Positions 62,673-64,000 of a stretch of 64,000 bases of DNA are shown here, one piece after another. Both the position numbers and the translations under genes were made by a program. Location: contig CAXTSM010000001.1 in the NCBI GenBank assembly GCA_964247025.1, forward strand, positions 92,050-156,049, written 5' to 3'. The DNA is from an uncultured Chthoniobacterales bacterium. GTDB lineage: Bacteria > Verrucomicrobiota > Verrucomicrobiia > Chthoniobacterales > JAATET01. The notes beneath the pieces are model-generated. The model was not told where the DNA came from. It did no database searches and saw only the letters and a list, made by a program, of their open reading frames with translations. Within the stretch, counting starts at the first letter, position 1, and every line of letters starts with the position of its first letter.

Positions 62673-63467
62673 ATGCAGCAATACCACCGCCTCCTCCGCC
62701 TCGTGCTCGAACACGGCCGGCCGAAGCCGGATCGCACCGGCACCGGCACGCTCTCCGTTTTCGGCGCGCAGGAGCGATTTGACCTGCGCGACGGTTTTCC
62801 GCTGCTCACCACCAAGAAGCTGCACCTGCGTTCCATCATTCATGAGTTGCTGTGGTTCCTGCGCGGCGACACGAACGTCGCCTATTTACACGAAAACAAG
62901 GTCACGATCTGGGACGAGTGGGCGGACGCCAGCGGCGACCTCGGCCGGATCTACGGCGCGCAATGGAGCGACTGGCGCACCCCCGACGGCGGCTCGATCA
63001 ACCAGATCGACGAGGTCATCGCGCAGATCAGACGCACGCCCGACAGCCGCCGCCTCGTCGTGAGCGCGTGGAATCCCGGGGAGCTCGACCGCATGGCCCT
63101 CGCGCCCTGTCACGCGCTGTTTCAATTCTTCGTGCAGGACGGCGAGCTGAGCTGCCAGCTCTACCAGCGCAGCGCGGACCTCTTCCTCGGCGTGCCGTTC
63201 AACGTCGCGTCCTACGCCCTGCTCACCCTCATGGTGGCGCAGGTCTGCGGGCTCCGGCCCGGCGATTTCGTGCACACGTTCGGCGACCTGCACCTGTATG
63301 CGAACCACCTCGGCCAGGCCCGCGAGCAGCTCGCCCGCGATTTTCGCCCCCGGCCGCGCATGCGTTTGAATCCCGCCGTGGCCGACATCCACGGCTTCCG
63401 GTTCGAGGATTTCACCCTCGAGGGCTATGACCCGCATCCCGCGATCAAGGCGCCGATCTCCGTCTGA
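62673..63467 (+). CDS. thyA: Thymidylate synthase
   Basis: '[27 protein letters not shown]', '[12 protein letters not shown]' (catalytic Cys) and 'DLHLYANH'. Confidence 0.95.
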   Translation: MQQYHRLLRLVLEHGRPKPDRTGTGTLSVFGAQERFDLRDGFPLLTTKKLHLRSIIHELLWFLRGDTNVAYLHENKVTIWDEWADASGDLGRIYGAQWSDWRTPDGGSINQIDEVIAQIRRTPDSRRLVVSAWNPGELDRMALAPCHALFQFFVQDGELSCQLYQRSADLFLGVPFNVASYALLTLMVAQVCGLRPGDFVHTFGDLHLYANHLGQAREQLARDFRPRPRMRLNPAVADIHGFRFEDFTLEGYDPHPAIKAPISV

Positions 63468-63519
63468 CTTCCCGCCATCGTCCTCTCAACCCTCAACTCT
63501 CAAAACCATCGACCAACCC

Positions 63520-63972
63520 ATGATCGCCATCGCCGCCATGGCGCTGAACCGCGCGATCGGGCGCGGGGGCCGCATCCCCTGGCACCTCTCGAAGGATCTC
63601 CAATTCTTCAAGCGCACCACGCTCGGGCACGCCGTCGTGATGGGCCGCAAGACCTTCGAATCCATCGGCCGCCCCCTGCCGGGACGGGAAAATTTCGTTC
63701 TCTCCCGCGGCGGATTTCAATCCCCCGGCATCATCGCCGCGACGAGTCCCCGGGAGCTTCCCCGCGCGACCGCGGCGAAAAAAGTCTTCGTGATCGGCGG
63801 CGCGGAAATCTACCGCGCGCTGCTCCCGCAATGCGGCGAGTTGCTGCTCACGCTCGTGAAGCTCACGCCGCCCGCCGACACGTTTTTTCCCGAGTTCGAA
63901 TCGCGGTTCGATTTCGCCGGGACGCTCGACGAGGACGGCGACCTGGAAATCCGCCGCTACGTGCGCCGCTAG
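63520..63972 (+). CDS. folA: Dihydrofolate reductase
   Basis: 'MIAIAAMALNRAIGRGGRIPWHLSKDLQFFKRTTLGHAVVMGRKTFESIG'. 150 aa, directly downstream of thyA. Confidence 0.92.
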   Translation: MIAIAAMALNRAIGRGGRIPWHLSKDLQFFKRTTLGHAVVMGRKTFESIGRPLPGRENFVLSRGGFQSPGIIAATSPRELPRATAAKKVFVIGGAEIYRALLPQCGELLLTLVKLTPPADTFFPEFESRFDFAGTLDEDGDLEIRRYVRR

Positions 63973-64000
63973 TTTTTCTTCGCGGCGGCGGCCTTGATCT

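Overview
This is a high-GC (visibly about 65-70%) bacterial chromosomal window, densely coded on both strands. All calls come from reading the sequence and the ORF track and recognising motifs by eye. No BLAST or HMM search was run. Many long ORFs in the track are Arg/Pro/Gly-rich alternate-frame or antisense artefacts of the high GC and were discarded. About 55 genes are supported. They include the C-terminal 1350 aa of a filamentous-haemagglutinin-like exoprotein (5' truncated by the window edge), two ABC-F ATPases, an in-frame fusion of a beta-CASP/MBL exonuclease with an ATP-dependent DNA ligase, and gabD, pgm, a PPK2 / Na-Pi cotransporter / HAD group, tcdA, an adenylate cyclase-STAND-TPR protein, tRNA-Pro(UGG), a GT39-PAP2 envelope pair, and thyA-folA. 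Three regions stand out. (1) 40.7-54.4 kb is a tight same-strand operon. It encodes a single-module fully reducing type I PKS (KS-AT-DH-ER-KR-ACP, no TE), a roughly 465-aa protein with a C-terminal SAM methyltransferase, a membrane HK-REC-HK double kinase, and three receiver proteins with unknown or degenerate kinase-like outputs. The gene order resembles the Ralstonia phcBSRQ methyl-ester quorum-sensing operon, but with a dedicated PKS in front. I consider it the best candidate for an undescribed diffusible-signal system. (2) 18.6-24.2 kb is a lower-GC accessory island. It contains a 1635-bp-period tandem duplication (pgm 3' end - REP - small secreted gene - cas3 5' end) with a vapBC toxin-antitoxin pair exactly at the junction. 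This is followed by an intact cas3 and a 10-repeat type I-C-like CRISPR array, with no Cascade or adaptation genes in the window and a 'leader' built from repeat-derived sequence, including an inverted repeat copy. (3) 8.98-9.68 kb holds five tandem copies of a roughly 135-bp nested-palindromic REP/MITE-like element. Relatives of this element occur at three other sites in the window.
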